A stretch of 64,000 nucleotides of DNA from a virus: IMG/VR virus record IMGVR_UViG_3300032050_000024, positions 32,001-96,000 of that record; one strand, 5' to 3'. The notes beneath the pieces are model-generated. The model was given only the letters and a program-made list of their open reading frames with translations. It searched no databases and had not been told where the DNA came from. Both the position numbers and the translations under genes were made by a program. Every line of letters starts with the position of its first letter. The first letter of the stretch is position 1. This document shows positions 39,230 through 49,501 of the stretch, in pieces.

Positions 39230-42200
39230 TTATAAATATGTATATGAGTATCTATTGGTCCAAGCAGCACTTGCCGTTACTTGTGTCGTTGTATCTCCTG
39301 ATGCGGATATTGCTAATCGAGACAATGTCCATACTGTGGCAGATTCGGCAGAGCCTACCGGAGCATATCCCGTGTAAAGATAATTTACGTTTGGATCAAG
39401 TGATGATGTATAATCACTTCTGCGAATATATTCTGTTGCGCCTACACCTGTTAGGCCTGAACCATCTCCGACGAATGACCCGGTGAATGACCCTGTAACA
39501 GCTTCTGCTACAACACTTCCGGTGAATTCAGCTAAACCTATATTTCGGAACGTTGATGAACCAGACACTGTTAATGAACCTGATATAGTTACTACACCAT
39601 TACCTGCTACAAGCAAATTATGCAAATTAGCTGAATCTGCCCCATCGCCAATCACAAATGAACTTGATTGATGGACTGGAGCATTATATCGTCCTACTAC
39701 GGATTGATAATAACCATGTGTGATTGTGCCTAGGCCTGCTGCGTGTGAACCATAACCCAATGTAATTGTTGATTCTCCTTCAGCATGTGATGAGTTACCA
39801 ATTGTTTGATCTGCATAAGTTGGTTGTGATATTCCTTGTATTCCTACCAAATTTGGAGCTTGTGGGTCATATGTAGTATCAACTAGTGTTACTTCCGTTT
39901 CGCCGTTTCCGTTAATGCTAACACTAGCAACTTCATGTATTAGTACTGTGTATTGAGCAGCATCCTCAACGTAAATTACAGTACCCGGTGCAAACGTTGC
40001 AGATAAATCTCCATAATAACTTGCAAATGTTATGACTCCTGCAGCAATGTTAACTGTGCTATATGCATTATAACCACTCGTAGTACTGCCTCCTTCGGCG
40101 TGCGAATATTGACCAATTGATACAACACTAGCTCCTTCTGCGTGGGAAGCATATCCATATGCTGAACTTCCTTCTCCTTCGGCGTGTGAATAATCACCAA
40201 ATGCCGTTGTAGCTCCTTCAGCGTGTGAATATGGACCATATGTAGTACTAACTCCTTCTGCGTGTGAAGCTTCACCAATTGCACTTGCTGCAGATCCTTC
40301 TGCGTGAGCATATGTTCCGCCCAATTGATCAGCTACGTTTCCACTTTTATCTGCAATACCTGCAGCTGCTATCGTTGTTGAAGTATCATTTAAAAGTTGG
40401 AACACTGTATTGGTACCATTAAACATGCTACCAGTAACAATACCTTTTGTAATTCCATTACCAACAGCAGCAATATCTCCATACCATATTGTTGTACCAT
40501 CGACATATGTTGCAGTTAAATCACCTAGTGTGGCATCAATTTCTACAACGCCGGCGGTAATACTACATGAATATGCAGATATACCTGTTGTTGTTTGTGA
40601 GCCTTCTGCGTGTGAAGCTTCACCAATTGCAGTGGTAGCATCTCCTTGAGCATGTGACCATTCTCCTTTTACTATTACGCCTTTTCCATTTGCTAATGCT
40701 TCTATAGTTTTATTAAAAAATAAACTAGCACTACCTCCAAATGAACCACTATCATTAAATTGTATATAGCTATTAGAACCGCCTGGAGTTGGAGCCGGTG
40801 CCCATGATGCTGATACCGCAAAAGAGGCAGAATCGGAATATGATGCTGACGTAGCAAATGATGAACTAATTGCGCGGGACGCACTAGTTGCAAATGAAGC
40901 TGATATAGCATTTGATGCTGTTGTGTAAAGTGTACCGGTACCGCCAGCTACAGTATATGTTAACGGTTTTCCGGTATGAATAGCTATAGGTGCTGGGTTA
41001 TTTAATGACGTCGATGTATTTGACTCCACCATTGTCAATGCAAATGATCGCGTATCTAATCCGGATAATATTTGTATTGTAGATTTAGATGCTGTTGCAG
41101 CTTGTGATGCTGTAAGTGCAACACTTGCTGTTGTTTGTAATACACCAGTATTTCCATTAAATACCAATTCATTGCGTACCGCTAATGGCGATGGATTACG
41201 TGGTGATGTAAATGCGGGTGGTGAAAAGCTAGAAGATAATACTAATGCCAATGCATATGATTGTGTATCTCCTGCTCCAACTATATCTAATAGTGCAGCC
41301 GATGATGTTGCAGCAAATGATGAACTAACTGCTCGGGATGCTGAGGTTGCAAATGATGCTGATACTGCATTCAATACATAGCTAGCAGTTTGAGCGGTAA
41401 CTATGTAACTAGCAGTAGATGCAAAAGAAGCACTTGTAGCAGTAGAAGCATTTCCTGTTAAATCAGCGGTTAATGTTGATAAATTTTGCCATTTGCCAGA
41501 AGTATTATTGTATACTAATGGCTGTCCATTTAATGGTCCTGAAATAGATACATCTGATAAACCTGATAATGTTTGGGTTATTATGGAACCACCGCCGCCT
41601 GATCCTCCTACTTGTCTAAATAGTCCCCCAGGAACAATTGTAAAATCAGCAGGAGTAGTTAATACACCATTACCTCTAATTATTATTGCACCTAAATAAA
41701 TAGCATTAGCCGATGTGTTTGGTGCTTCGACAAACGATTCAATGTTAATATTAGCAATAGCGTCTGCTTCTGTTGAATATGATTGATTACCGTAATAGAC
41801 AACTATTGCTTTAATAACTGAGTTTGGAAACCAAAATACTCGTTGAATTGACCAGTCATTAGGTTGTACTGTTGTAAGAGTACCGTTATTTGAATATTGC
41901 CCCGGGTTGATTGTGGCGAATCCTGCACCCCCATTTGTATTGTATACCCAAGTAGAACCAGATTGATGATATCTGAAAATTTTGGATACGTTAGTTCCAT
42001 TATCAACAGTATAGTAAGGTTCATTCGGGTCTATAGCATAATTAGACCCGGGGGCATATGCTGTACCGCTAGCTACTATAAGACTACCAGTTGAAGAACC
42101 ACTAGGTGCTAAAGTATATCCAGATAACTTTAAAGGTCCAAATGCTCTATTAAATACATTTTGCTGTTGTTCAAAACCATATGCTACAGAAGGTTGTGTT

Positions 42201-43750
42201 TTAACACCATTAATTGTGGATTGGTTTTGAAAAAATACTCCACCTATATTAATTATGCTATCAAATTGACCGTTGCTAAACGGAGTACCTTGAGCAAAAA
42301 TGTTACCAGTTGTGTCAATACCAACAAAGGCTTGTTGATATGAAGCTGTCAATGGAGCAATACTTGCAGACAAATTCCCCCATTGTAAAAATTGTATTAC
42401 CGGAAACGGATCATTTGCTAAAGACGCATTCAAATTTACTATAATACCACTACCGCTTGAAATTCGATAAATGGTAGATGACGCCGTCGTAATTAAACCA
42501 CCATGTAAAAGTCCGGTATATAAGTTACCTTCTAACCAACGTAAGCGAGTTACGTTATTATATCCGGTGCTGTTTTGTGAAAAATATAAATCTTGGGTTG
42601 AACCAGAAACATAAATATAAGAAGCTGATACAGATGTATCTATGTTAGTATTTACAGGGTCAAATCTATGATAACCACTTTGTCTAATATCACCGTATAT
42701 TTGTATAGTTGGCGAAGGTGAACCTATAGGTGATGATCCTGAAATTGTTAGGCTTCCTGATAAGAGAGTATTACCTAGTAACGTGTTAGTACCAATTTGT
42801 GTAGTTGAACCTGATATGGTTAGCGACCCAGTTAACTGTACGTCTTGTCGTAATGGTAAAACATATGATGCTGTTAATGCAGATGTTGCAAATGATGCTG
42901 AGACTGATTGCAAAACATAACTTGCTGTCTGCGCTGTCGTTATAAATGACGCAGTTTGCGAGAAACTAGATGATACTGCATTTAAAACATAGCTAGCTGT
43001 TTGAGCTGTTTGAACATATGAAGCAGTTACTGCATTTGTTGCCCAAGACGCAGTCCCAAATAAAGATCCAGTTATACCATTATTTACAGTTAACGCGGTA
43101 TCAATAATAACGCCTGAGCTTGATATTATTAAAGTTGGATTTCCGTAATTAGCATTTGTATAGATATACAGTGGTTTATCAATTTCTGTACCTATACTTG
43201 CTTCACCGGTATTATCTACAAAACCAGCTAGTACCGATTGATTCGGATTGTATGTATCATTATATATGCCAAACGCCCATGGTTCAGCGTTAGCGCCATG
43301 TACTTGTAATATAGTATTGATTCCCGATCCGGATATTATTTGATTACCATAAAATGTATTAGATCCAGTTGTAGCTAATGAACCAGACTTTGAAACAAAC
43401 ACCGGATCATTTTCTAGATAATATGATGCAGTTCCAAATAATGAGCCAGTAATACTTCCTTGTACGCGCAATGACCCGGTAATTTCAACATCACTTTGTC
43501 GAGATATAGGATTCGATCCTGTCCATTTAGATGAAACAATTCCTGTTAATTGGGAACCATCGCCCTTGAATGACCCTGTAAATGACCCTGTGGTATATGA
43601 TGCGGTAAATGCATTGAATGATGCAGTTGTTAACAAAGAACCAGTGTCTAATCCCAACGTATACGATGCTGTAAGCGCGTAACTTGCTGATATTGGATAC
43701 AGTGATCCTGTTTGTAATTGACCTGGTTTAAACTGTCTCATTATTGCCAT
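39230..43750 (-). CDS. Long tail fibre / adhesin (1506 aa)
   Basis: TASY/SASFA repeats, TGSF motifs, many SHAEG (YadA-head-like) repeats; located in the tail cluster. Confidence 0.8.
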   Translation of the reverse strand: MAIMRQFKPGQLQTGSLYPISASYALTASYTLGLDTGSLLTTASFNAFTASYTTGSFTGSFKGDGSQLTGIVSSKWTGSNPISRQSDVEITGSLRVQGSITGSLFGTASYYLENDPVFVSKSGSLATTGSNTFYGNQIISGSGINTILQVHGANAEPWAFGIYNDTYNPNQSVLAGFVDNTGEASIGTEIDKPLYIYTNANYGNPTLIISSSGVIIDTALTVNNGITGSLFGTASWATNAVTASYVQTAQTASYVLNAVSSSFSQTASFITTAQTASYVLQSVSASFATSALTASYVLPLRQDVQLTGSLTISGSTTQIGTNTLLGNTLLSGSLTISGSSPIGSPSPTIQIYGDIRQSGYHRFDPVNTNIDTSVSASYIYVSGSTQDLYFSQNSTGYNNVTRLRWLEGNLYTGLLHGGLITTASSTIYRISSGSGIIVNLNASLANDPFPVIQFLQWGNLSASIAPLTASYQQAFVGIDTTGNIFAQGTPFSNGQFDSIINIGGVFFQNQSTINGVKTQPSVAYGFEQQQNVFNRAFGPLKLSGYTLAPSGSSTGSLIVASGTAYAPGSNYAIDPNEPYYTVDNGTNVSKIFRYHQSGSTWVYNTNGGAGFATINPGQYSNNGTLTTVQPNDWSIQRVFWFPNSVIKAIVVYYGNQSYSTEADAIANINIESFVEAPNTSANAIYLGAIIIRGNGVLTTPADFTIVPGGLFRQVGGSGGGGSIITQTLSGLSDVSISGPLNGQPLVYNNTSGKWQNLSTLTADLTGNASTATSASFASTASYIVTAQTASYVLNAVSASFATSASRAVSSSFAATSSAALLDIVGAGDTQSYALALVLSSSFSPPAFTSPRNPSPLAVRNELVFNGNTGVLQTTASVALTASQAATASKSTIQILSGLDTRSFALTMVESNTSTSLNNPAPIAIHTGKPLTYTVAGGTGTLYTTASNAISASFATSASRAISSSFATSASYSDSASFAVSASWAPAPTPGGSNSYIQFNDSGSFGGSASLFFNKTIEALANGKGVIVKGEWSHAQGDATTAIGEASHAEGSQTTTGISAYSCSITAGVVEIDATLGDLTATYVDGTTIWYGDIAAVGNGITKGIVTGSMFNGTNTVFQLLNDTSTTIAAAGIADKSGNVADQLGGTYAHAEGSAASAIGEASHAEGVSTTYGPYSHAEGATTAFGDYSHAEGEGSSAYGYASHAEGASVVSIGQYSHAEGGSTTSGYNAYSTVNIAAGVITFASYYGDLSATFAPGTVIYVEDAAQYTVLIHEVASVSINGNGETEVTLVDTTYDPQAPNLVGIQGISQPTYADQTIGNSSHAEGESTITLGYGSHAAGLGTITHGYYQSVVGRYNAPVHQSSSFVIGDGADSANLHNLLVAGNGVVTISGSLTVSGSSTFRNIGLAEFTGSVVAEAVTGSFTGSFVGDGSGLTGVGATEYIRRSDYTSSLDPNVNYLYTGYAPVGSAESATVWTLSRLAISASGDTTTQVTASAAWTNRYSYTYL

Positions 43751-44970
43751 CTCCCTTTAATAATTACCGTGTCAGTAGGATCTATACCATATCCTAACAA
43801 GGCAGTATTAAACGTGATTGTTTGTGTTGTAACATCACTAGGAGTCCATGTATATATAGCTTTATCTATGTATTGCCCATTAATGTAAATATCAAATTCA
43901 TTTTTCGTAGCTACTGTTAAATTATTTGGATTAATTGCGGCAAATGCATTTACCGTTACCGTTGTTGAAGATGAGTATACAGCTTGTTTTTCTGTTAAAT
44001 TTATCAAATACGTCATTGTAGCAGCATTGATAGTTGTTGATGTTCCGCCTCCGGAAACAACTATAGAACCTCCAGAAATTACTTGACCGCTTTGTTGTAA
44101 AACTGCTTGTGGTATTTGTGTTGTAGAAAATATGTTTAAATTTCCTACATCTACTATAGTGTCAAATACTATTTTTTTGACAGAATACATTTTTTTAATT
44201 GTTTCTAATCTAACTTCCTGGCCAGATAATAAAGTTGCTTGTGTTGTAATAGGAATTGTTGATCGAACTAGACGATCTTCTCCTACTGTATTAACGGTCT
44301 CAAAACTTACAGATCCCAAAGAACATGCAAATTTATTTCCTTCATTTCCCCAAGCAAAACGATTATATGGTAAAATTTGGTCAATTAAATCATTTAATTG
44401 CGTAGTAAAATCACACCATATCATCATATCATATTCAATTGTAACATATTTAGGAATATCAATTACATAAAGTTCTTGAGATAATGCTGGTTGCGTATTT
44501 GGTATAGGAAAAAGTTCGTCTTCATAACGATTACGAGCATTATATCGGCGTCTATAAACTAATTGATTTTCAGATTGTGGCCAGTTAACATCTAATGTAC
44601 GATACGAGTCTCGTTCTTGTACGCTGTTTCGTTTTAGCATAATCATGGGAGATTGAAGTTTTCCTTTTTCATCTCGCATATAACCTAAACGTTGTACATT
44701 ATCCCATTTTTCACCGGCGGCAAATATTACAGGAACTGTTATAATTTCTTGATTTGCTGTTATTTGTGGTTGTATTTCATTTTCAATAAACCATTTAATT
44801 GCAAAATCTATATCATATAATGTTCGTTGCGGAGTTTTTAATACATCATCATCTCGGCGCGTTTGCATTCCTCGATCTAATAAACGATCACCATGTAAAC
44901 TTTCAACCCGATTTGGTTCAGGCTTATTTGTTCGTCTATCAATATTTTGTCTATTTAATCTAGGCATCAA
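43741..44970 (-). CDS. Tail terminator / head-tail joining protein (gp15-like) with C-terminal extension
   Basis: VPVIFAAGEKW, PMIMLKR, PKYVTIEY...QLNDLIDQILP; follows the neck genes. Confidence 0.65.
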   Translation of the reverse strand: MMPRLNRQNIDRRTNKPEPNRVESLHGDRLLDRGMQTRRDDDVLKTPQRTLYDIDFAIKWFIENEIQPQITANQEIITVPVIFAAGEKWDNVQRLGYMRDEKGKLQSPMIMLKRNSVQERDSYRTLDVNWPQSENQLVYRRRYNARNRYEDELFPIPNTQPALSQELYVIDIPKYVTIEYDMMIWCDFTTQLNDLIDQILPYNRFAWGNEGNKFACSLGSVSFETVNTVGEDRLVRSTIPITTQATLLSGQEVRLETIKKMYSVKKIVFDTIVDVGNLNIFSTTQIPQAVLQQSGQVISGGSIVVSGGGTSTTINAATMTYLINLTEKQAVYSSSTTVTVNAFAAINPNNLTVATKNEFDIYINGQYIDKAIYTWTPSDVTTQTITFNTALLGYGIDPTDTVIIKGRWQ

Positions 44971-44975
44971 CGTCC

Positions 44976-45485
44976 TTACATTGGTATTTTATTATCACCA
45001 CCACGTCTAATATCTTTAATTCCTTGTGGCGTTTGTGCTGTTACATGTGCATCACATACTATAGAAACACTATATCCATGGCTGTCTCCGTTTGGCCATG
45101 TGTCTGGATTTTTACCTGCGAAATATTGATTTGCATCTACATTATCAATTTCAAAGTATTCATTATCCCAAAGTATAATATCACCAGCTTGTGGGTATAA
45201 ATCTGCTCGTTCTAACAAATCACGTGATAATGCAAATTTAGCAGTACGATTATATGAATGTCCATAATCATCCATTACACTAGATTTTTCATCTTTTGTT
45301 ATAACACATGGCAAAAGTATAGAATCATAATATGTTTTTCTTTCTGCTTCGCCATAAATGTTTGAATGACTTAACTCAACATTTAATTTGAAAAATTCAA
45401 TTTCGGTATCGATAATTGCATTGATAAGTTCGGCATTAATAGAAGCTAAAAATTTAGCATCTCGCATTCCTCCAAAAAGTGCCAT
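44976..45485 (-). CDS. Neck / head-closure protein (gp14-like)
   Basis: NIYGEA, PQAGDII, YFEIDNV; synteny. Confidence 0.7.
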   Translation of the reverse strand: MALFGGMRDAKFLASINAELINAIIDTEIEFFKLNVELSHSNIYGEAERKTYYDSILLPCVITKDEKSSVMDDYGHSYNRTAKFALSRDLLERADLYPQAGDIILWDNEYFEIDNVDANQYFAGKNPDTWPNGDSHGYSVSIVCDAHVTAQTPQGIKDIRRGGDNKIPM

Positions 45486-45496
45486 GATTGTCCTCC

Positions 45497-46720
45497 TTAT
45501 CCAACATAAATACGTAATGGTGCTTTTGATAACAATTCCATCATCTGAGTTGCTTCAGCATTTTGTCGTGTTAACATTTGCTCTTTTGTCATTTTTTCTA
45601 AAAATTCTCGAAGTTGTGTTATCAATTCACCTTTTTCGGTTTGTCCTTGTGAAACTAAATCAGAACCGTTAAGTGTTACTTCGCCATTGGGTATAGGTAC
45701 TGATGAATATTTATTACGTACATAACCTAACATTTCTTTTACAAGTGCAATACCATATCTCAATATCCAAGCACGCCCCATATCATTAATGCTACTGTAG
45801 GTTTGATAGGTATATGGTATATTTGATGCGTCACTTACAACACCGTTTAGAAGTGCTGTATTACCAAATAAAACAGCTTGTTTGTTTTTTTCTTCTTCAA
45901 ACAAGAATTCAAACCAAACTTGTCCGTAAAATGGAGTTGCAGCTGTACCTTGCGTTCCTGGTACGGGATAAATACGTATATCGTCGCCATGTATATCAAA
46001 AGAAAAATGTGACTTACGTATTTGATCGTTAAATTCAATTGCTTGTAATCGAAGTAAATCTGCGTGAATTGGCATCATCATGAAATTTACCGATGGAGAA
46101 AATCCACCAAAATCAAATGCATCCAATAAGCCTTGAGAACCTAAACCAGTACCAACATATGGATCAAAGTAACGAATAATTGCCGGTGGTGGATTATGTA
46201 ACACGCGTCGTATTTCAATTGAACTTGTATTACTTAAAGTTATTCCTAATGATGCAGATACTGCTTCTCTAATACTATACGTTTGTTTGCCATTAACTAC
46301 ATCAAATGAAGCAGAATACCATCTTACATTTCCTCCAGATTCGGCTTCAGTTCCATATGCTTTACTTAATTTAACAATATAAGATAATGAATTGCCAATT
46401 GGTCGACCCGTTAAACCTTGAGATCCTAAAAAATCAGAACCTGTTGGTAATCCCATGGTACTAACCAATGAATTAACAATATTAACTTGATTAACTTGAT
46501 TTGAATATTCAATTACTGATTGTTCAAAAGCTGTATAAAAATTTACATCTTGAAGTTCAACATCCATTATAGGATATCCTACAACTCGTGCTGCTGCTAC
46601 TGCAAATTTATCTGCATGGTCTTGGAACATTGGATCGGTGTCGAAATATCCAAATGGTGTTGAACCAGTAGTAAATGATGAGCTACCAGGCCATATTGGT
46701 TTATCTACACTATAATCCAT
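45497..46720 (-). CDS. Neck / adaptor protein (gp13-like)
   Basis: GYPIMDVEL, WILRY..ALVKEMLG.VR.KY, VTLNG. Confidence 0.8.
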   Translation of the reverse strand: MDYSVDKPIWPGSSSFTTGSTPFGYFDTDPMFQDHADKFAVAAARVVGYPIMDVELQDVNFYTAFEQSVIEYSNQVNQVNIVNSLVSTMGLPTGSDFLGSQGLTGRPIGNSLSYIVKLSKAYGTEAESGGNVRWYSASFDVVNGKQTYSIREAVSASLGITLSNTSSIEIRRVLHNPPPAIIRYFDPYVGTGLGSQGLLDAFDFGGFSPSVNFMMMPIHADLLRLQAIEFNDQIRKSHFSFDIHGDDIRIYPVPGTQGTAATPFYGQVWFEFLFEEEKNKQAVLFGNTALLNGVVSDASNIPYTYQTYSSINDMGRAWILRYGIALVKEMLGYVRNKYSSVPIPNGEVTLNGSDLVSQGQTEKGELITQLREFLEKMTKEQMLTRQNAEATQMMELLSKAPLRIYVG

Positions 46721-46743
46721 GGAAATTCCTTTTTATATAAATA

Positions 46744-47409
46744 TCAATATCTTTCATTTAAGAGTCGCAAAATTTCATCTAATGCTGCATGACGATGATT
46801 ATCTGTTAAAATAATTTCATTAACAAACTGAGACTTAGTTAGTTTTGGAACTTCGTGAACTGCTGAATCATTTGCAAATTTTAAATCTATTTGATATCTA
46901 TCTCCAGTTAATATCATGATGCTATCTTTACCTAATCTAGATAAAACCATTTGTAATTGTTGTTTAGTTAAGTTTTGAAACTCATCTACAATACAAATTG
47001 CATTATCAAAAGTTCTGCCTCGAAAATGTGCTAAAGAAACTAATTCAATGTTTTCTTCTTTTTCCATTTTGTCTAATATTTCCGGTTTATTATAAACTTT
47101 ACGCATATTGCTACGTAATGGAACTAGCCACGGATCCATTTTTTCTGCCAATGAACCGGGCAAAAATCCATTGTCTTCATTTGATACCGTAGGACGTGTT
47201 ATAATAATTTTATTGATTCTTCGTTTAAAAAACATATCCAATGCAATTTGAACTGCTAACAATGTTTTACCAGAACCGGCTTTTCCTAAAACAAAGTTAA
47301 ATGGCGTTTCTATTATTTTTGCCTTTGCTTCTTTTTGTTCTTCTGAAAGTGAAATTGAATATTTAATATCATTCTTAGGTGGAGTTTTTTCCTTATTTTG
47401 AGTAGCCAT
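46744..47409 (-). CDS. phoH: PhoH-family ATPase
   Basis: GKAGSGKT, TRP, GFLPG, RGRTF, DEFQN, GDRYQID. Confidence 0.95.
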   Translation of the reverse strand: MATQNKEKTPPKNDIKYSISLSEEQKEAKAKIIETPFNFVLGKAGSGKTLLAVQIALDMFFKRRINKIIITRPTVSNEDNGFLPGSLAEKMDPWLVPLRSNMRKVYNKPEILDKMEKEENIELVSLAHFRGRTFDNAICIVDEFQNLTKQQLQMVLSRLGKDSIMILTGDRYQIDLKFANDSAVHEVPKLTKSQFVNEIILTDNHRHAALDEILRLLNERY

Positions 47410-47424
47410 AACTTGTCCTTTTTT

Positions 47425-47700
47425 TTAATGTAATTTTGTAAGTGTCGATTCTTGTAGAGTCATGTCTTTAAGTGTTTCAATTTTACCTAAACACATTTTT
47501 CTAACTGCGTGAAATGATTCTCTAGGAGAATATGGAGTCATGATTTTTATTGTAACACGTTCTTTATCTGGTCCTAAATCTTGTTCAATATGAACCATTA
47601 AAACTAAACGTACTGCACGAATTCTGTCTAATACGTCAATTAATCGACCATCATAACGAATAATCGCTTCCATGGAATATTTGTTTCTTTCTACTGCCAT
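47425..47700 (-). CDS. Hypothetical protein
   Basis: Intact ORF downstream of the capsid terminator and an ATATTTAT motif. Confidence 0.7.
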   Translation of the reverse strand: MAVERNKYSMEAIIRYDGRLIDVLDRIRAVRLVLMVHIEQDLGPDKERVTIKIMTPYSPRESFHAVRKMCLGKIETLKDMTLQESTLTKLH

Positions 47701-47726
47701 ATCTTTATAATAAATATTTGAATAGT

Positions 47727-47756
47727 AAAAAAGGGATGACCGGAGCCACCCCTTTT
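47727..47756 (-). terminator. Intrinsic terminator after major capsid gene
   Basis: AAAAGGGGTGG-loop-TCATCCC followed by T6. Confidence 0.75.
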
Positions 47757-47806
47757 CCTTAATTAGTTAAGTCTTTAAATCAATTAAAAATTAATTCAAT
47801 TAACTA

Positions 47807-49468
47807 TTAAAGAGTTTCTAATCCACGTACATATACTTTACCGTAGAACTCTGGACGAACCACTTTCTTAGCGTAACGTGTCATAACACCTTTACGTGGA
47901 GTGAAATTAACTGGATCGTATACCAATGGAGTCATGATAAGTGGAATATACGGACTAAATACAGCACCTGTTTCAAGGAATTGACTTCCTCTGAAGCCCA
48001 TAAGGATGATGTTTTCTTTCATGTATGGGTTTTTGTATACCGTATAACGATTATTGATTGCACCAATTTTTTGAACACCGGCAGCAAATTCTAATTTAGT
48101 ACCATCTGTGTCTGCAGCAAATCCCGGGATAGACTCAAGAATAGTTGCTACTGCAGGAGATGTAACTAAGAAATTAGCACCACCACGTAATGTTTTTTGG
48201 TGAATCTTGTTACTTACTTTTTGAAGTTTAGTACCAAGAGTCTGGAACCATCCGCCTTGAGTGTTATAGAATCCACCATTCGTAGCAGTTTGTGCTAAGA
48301 AATTAGTACCTGTCCAAATTTCATTGTTAATAGCTGACCAATACTCAGTTGTTGGAGCTGCTGCAATCAACATATCAAGGATTTCAAGATCGATTTCCAT
48401 TGATACATACTCAGAAAGCATTGAAGTCAATTCAGCTTCAGCATCAATTGAGTGATAAGCGTTCAAATCTTGAGCAAACTCAGGTGTCCAAACTGCTTTC
48501 AACTTACGTGTTTTAGCAACGATTGGCTCTGATTGAAGCTCTAGGTTCAATTCTGGGATGTCAATATCTGTACCATCATCGATACCTGTATTAGCACCTG
48601 ATCCTTTAAATGGATTAGTATCTTCAAAATCACCTCTTGTAATATCAGTTGGTTGTTTGCTATATGTTACTGTATAATTAGCAGTACCATTTAAGTTTGC
48701 AGACGCTGAAACTACAAATTCAATTTTACCAGTTGACGCATTAAATTTAGTAAATGCAGGAACATTCATTGCAGTGGTTAAATTTGAACCAGATGCTAAT
48801 GTAAATGATCTAACTGCAGTTAAATCTGCGCTTGTTAATGAACCAGTTGATACATAAACAACTGAATATCCTGTTAATGCATTTGTATATGCAGAATCAA
48901 AATTAACTGAACCTGAACCTGCAGATGCAGCTGAAGCAGTTGTTGCAGCAACGCCAGTCGCAGTTGCATCATTAATTGAATACCCGAAACGACCTGCGCC
49001 ATAAAGACCTCCTGTTGGATCGCCAGTTGTATTAGTTACACCGAATAATGAATCATCAGATTCAGGTGAACCAAATGGATGCCCGTTAGTAGATACTGGA
49101 TCTGCTTGATCTGAAGTAAATCCTGGCTGAGCTGTACCATATTTAAAGTCTAAGTAAAATACTAGACCTGATGGCAAGTTCATTGGTTGTACTGATACAA
49201 ATTCTTTTGCAGCAAATTCAGCAAAGATACGACGTACCAATGGAAGTGCTACACCAGCCCACTCTTCAGATCCTTCTGCTGTACCTGTTTGTGAAGCTTC
49301 TTTTACTAATTGCCTTGCTTGGTTTTCAAGCAATTGAGCCATACCTGCTCTTTCTGTCTCATTTCTAAGACCTTCTAAAAGTCCTGTTCTTTCCCACTTT
49401 GCAACGGTTGCAACTGATGCAGCACGTTGAGAAGCGTCTGGACTTTGTAATAATGAATTTAAACTCAT
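47807..49468 (-). CDS. gp23: Major capsid protein (gp23-like)
   Basis: LLENQ, LPLVRR, VQPM..PSG, AKTRKLKA.WT.E.AQDL.AYH..DAEAEL, YIPL, GVMTRY. Confidence 0.97.
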   Translation of the reverse strand: MSLNSLLQSPDASQRAASVATVAKWERTGLLEGLRNETERAGMAQLLENQARQLVKEASQTGTAEGSEEWAGVALPLVRRIFAEFAAKEFVSVQPMNLPSGLVFYLDFKYGTAQPGFTSDQADPVSTNGHPFGSPESDDSLFGVTNTTGDPTGGLYGAGRFGYSINDATATGVAATTASAASAGSGSVNFDSAYTNALTGYSVVYVSTGSLTSADLTAVRSFTLASGSNLTTAMNVPAFTKFNASTGKIEFVVSASANLNGTANYTVTYSKQPTDITRGDFEDTNPFKGSGANTGIDDGTDIDIPELNLELQSEPIVAKTRKLKAVWTPEFAQDLNAYHSIDAEAELTSMLSEYVSMEIDLEILDMLIAAAPTTEYWSAINNEIWTGTNFLAQTATNGGFYNTQGGWFQTLGTKLQKVSNKIHQKTLRGGANFLVTSPAVATILESIPGFAADTDGTKLEFAAGVQKIGAINNRYTVYKNPYMKENIILMGFRGSQFLETGAVFSPYIPLIMTPLVYDPVNFTPRKGVMTRYAKKVVRPEFYGKVYVRGLETL

Positions 49469-49501
49469 CGTTTGTTCTCCTTTGTTTTTTTGTTTTTTAA
49501 A

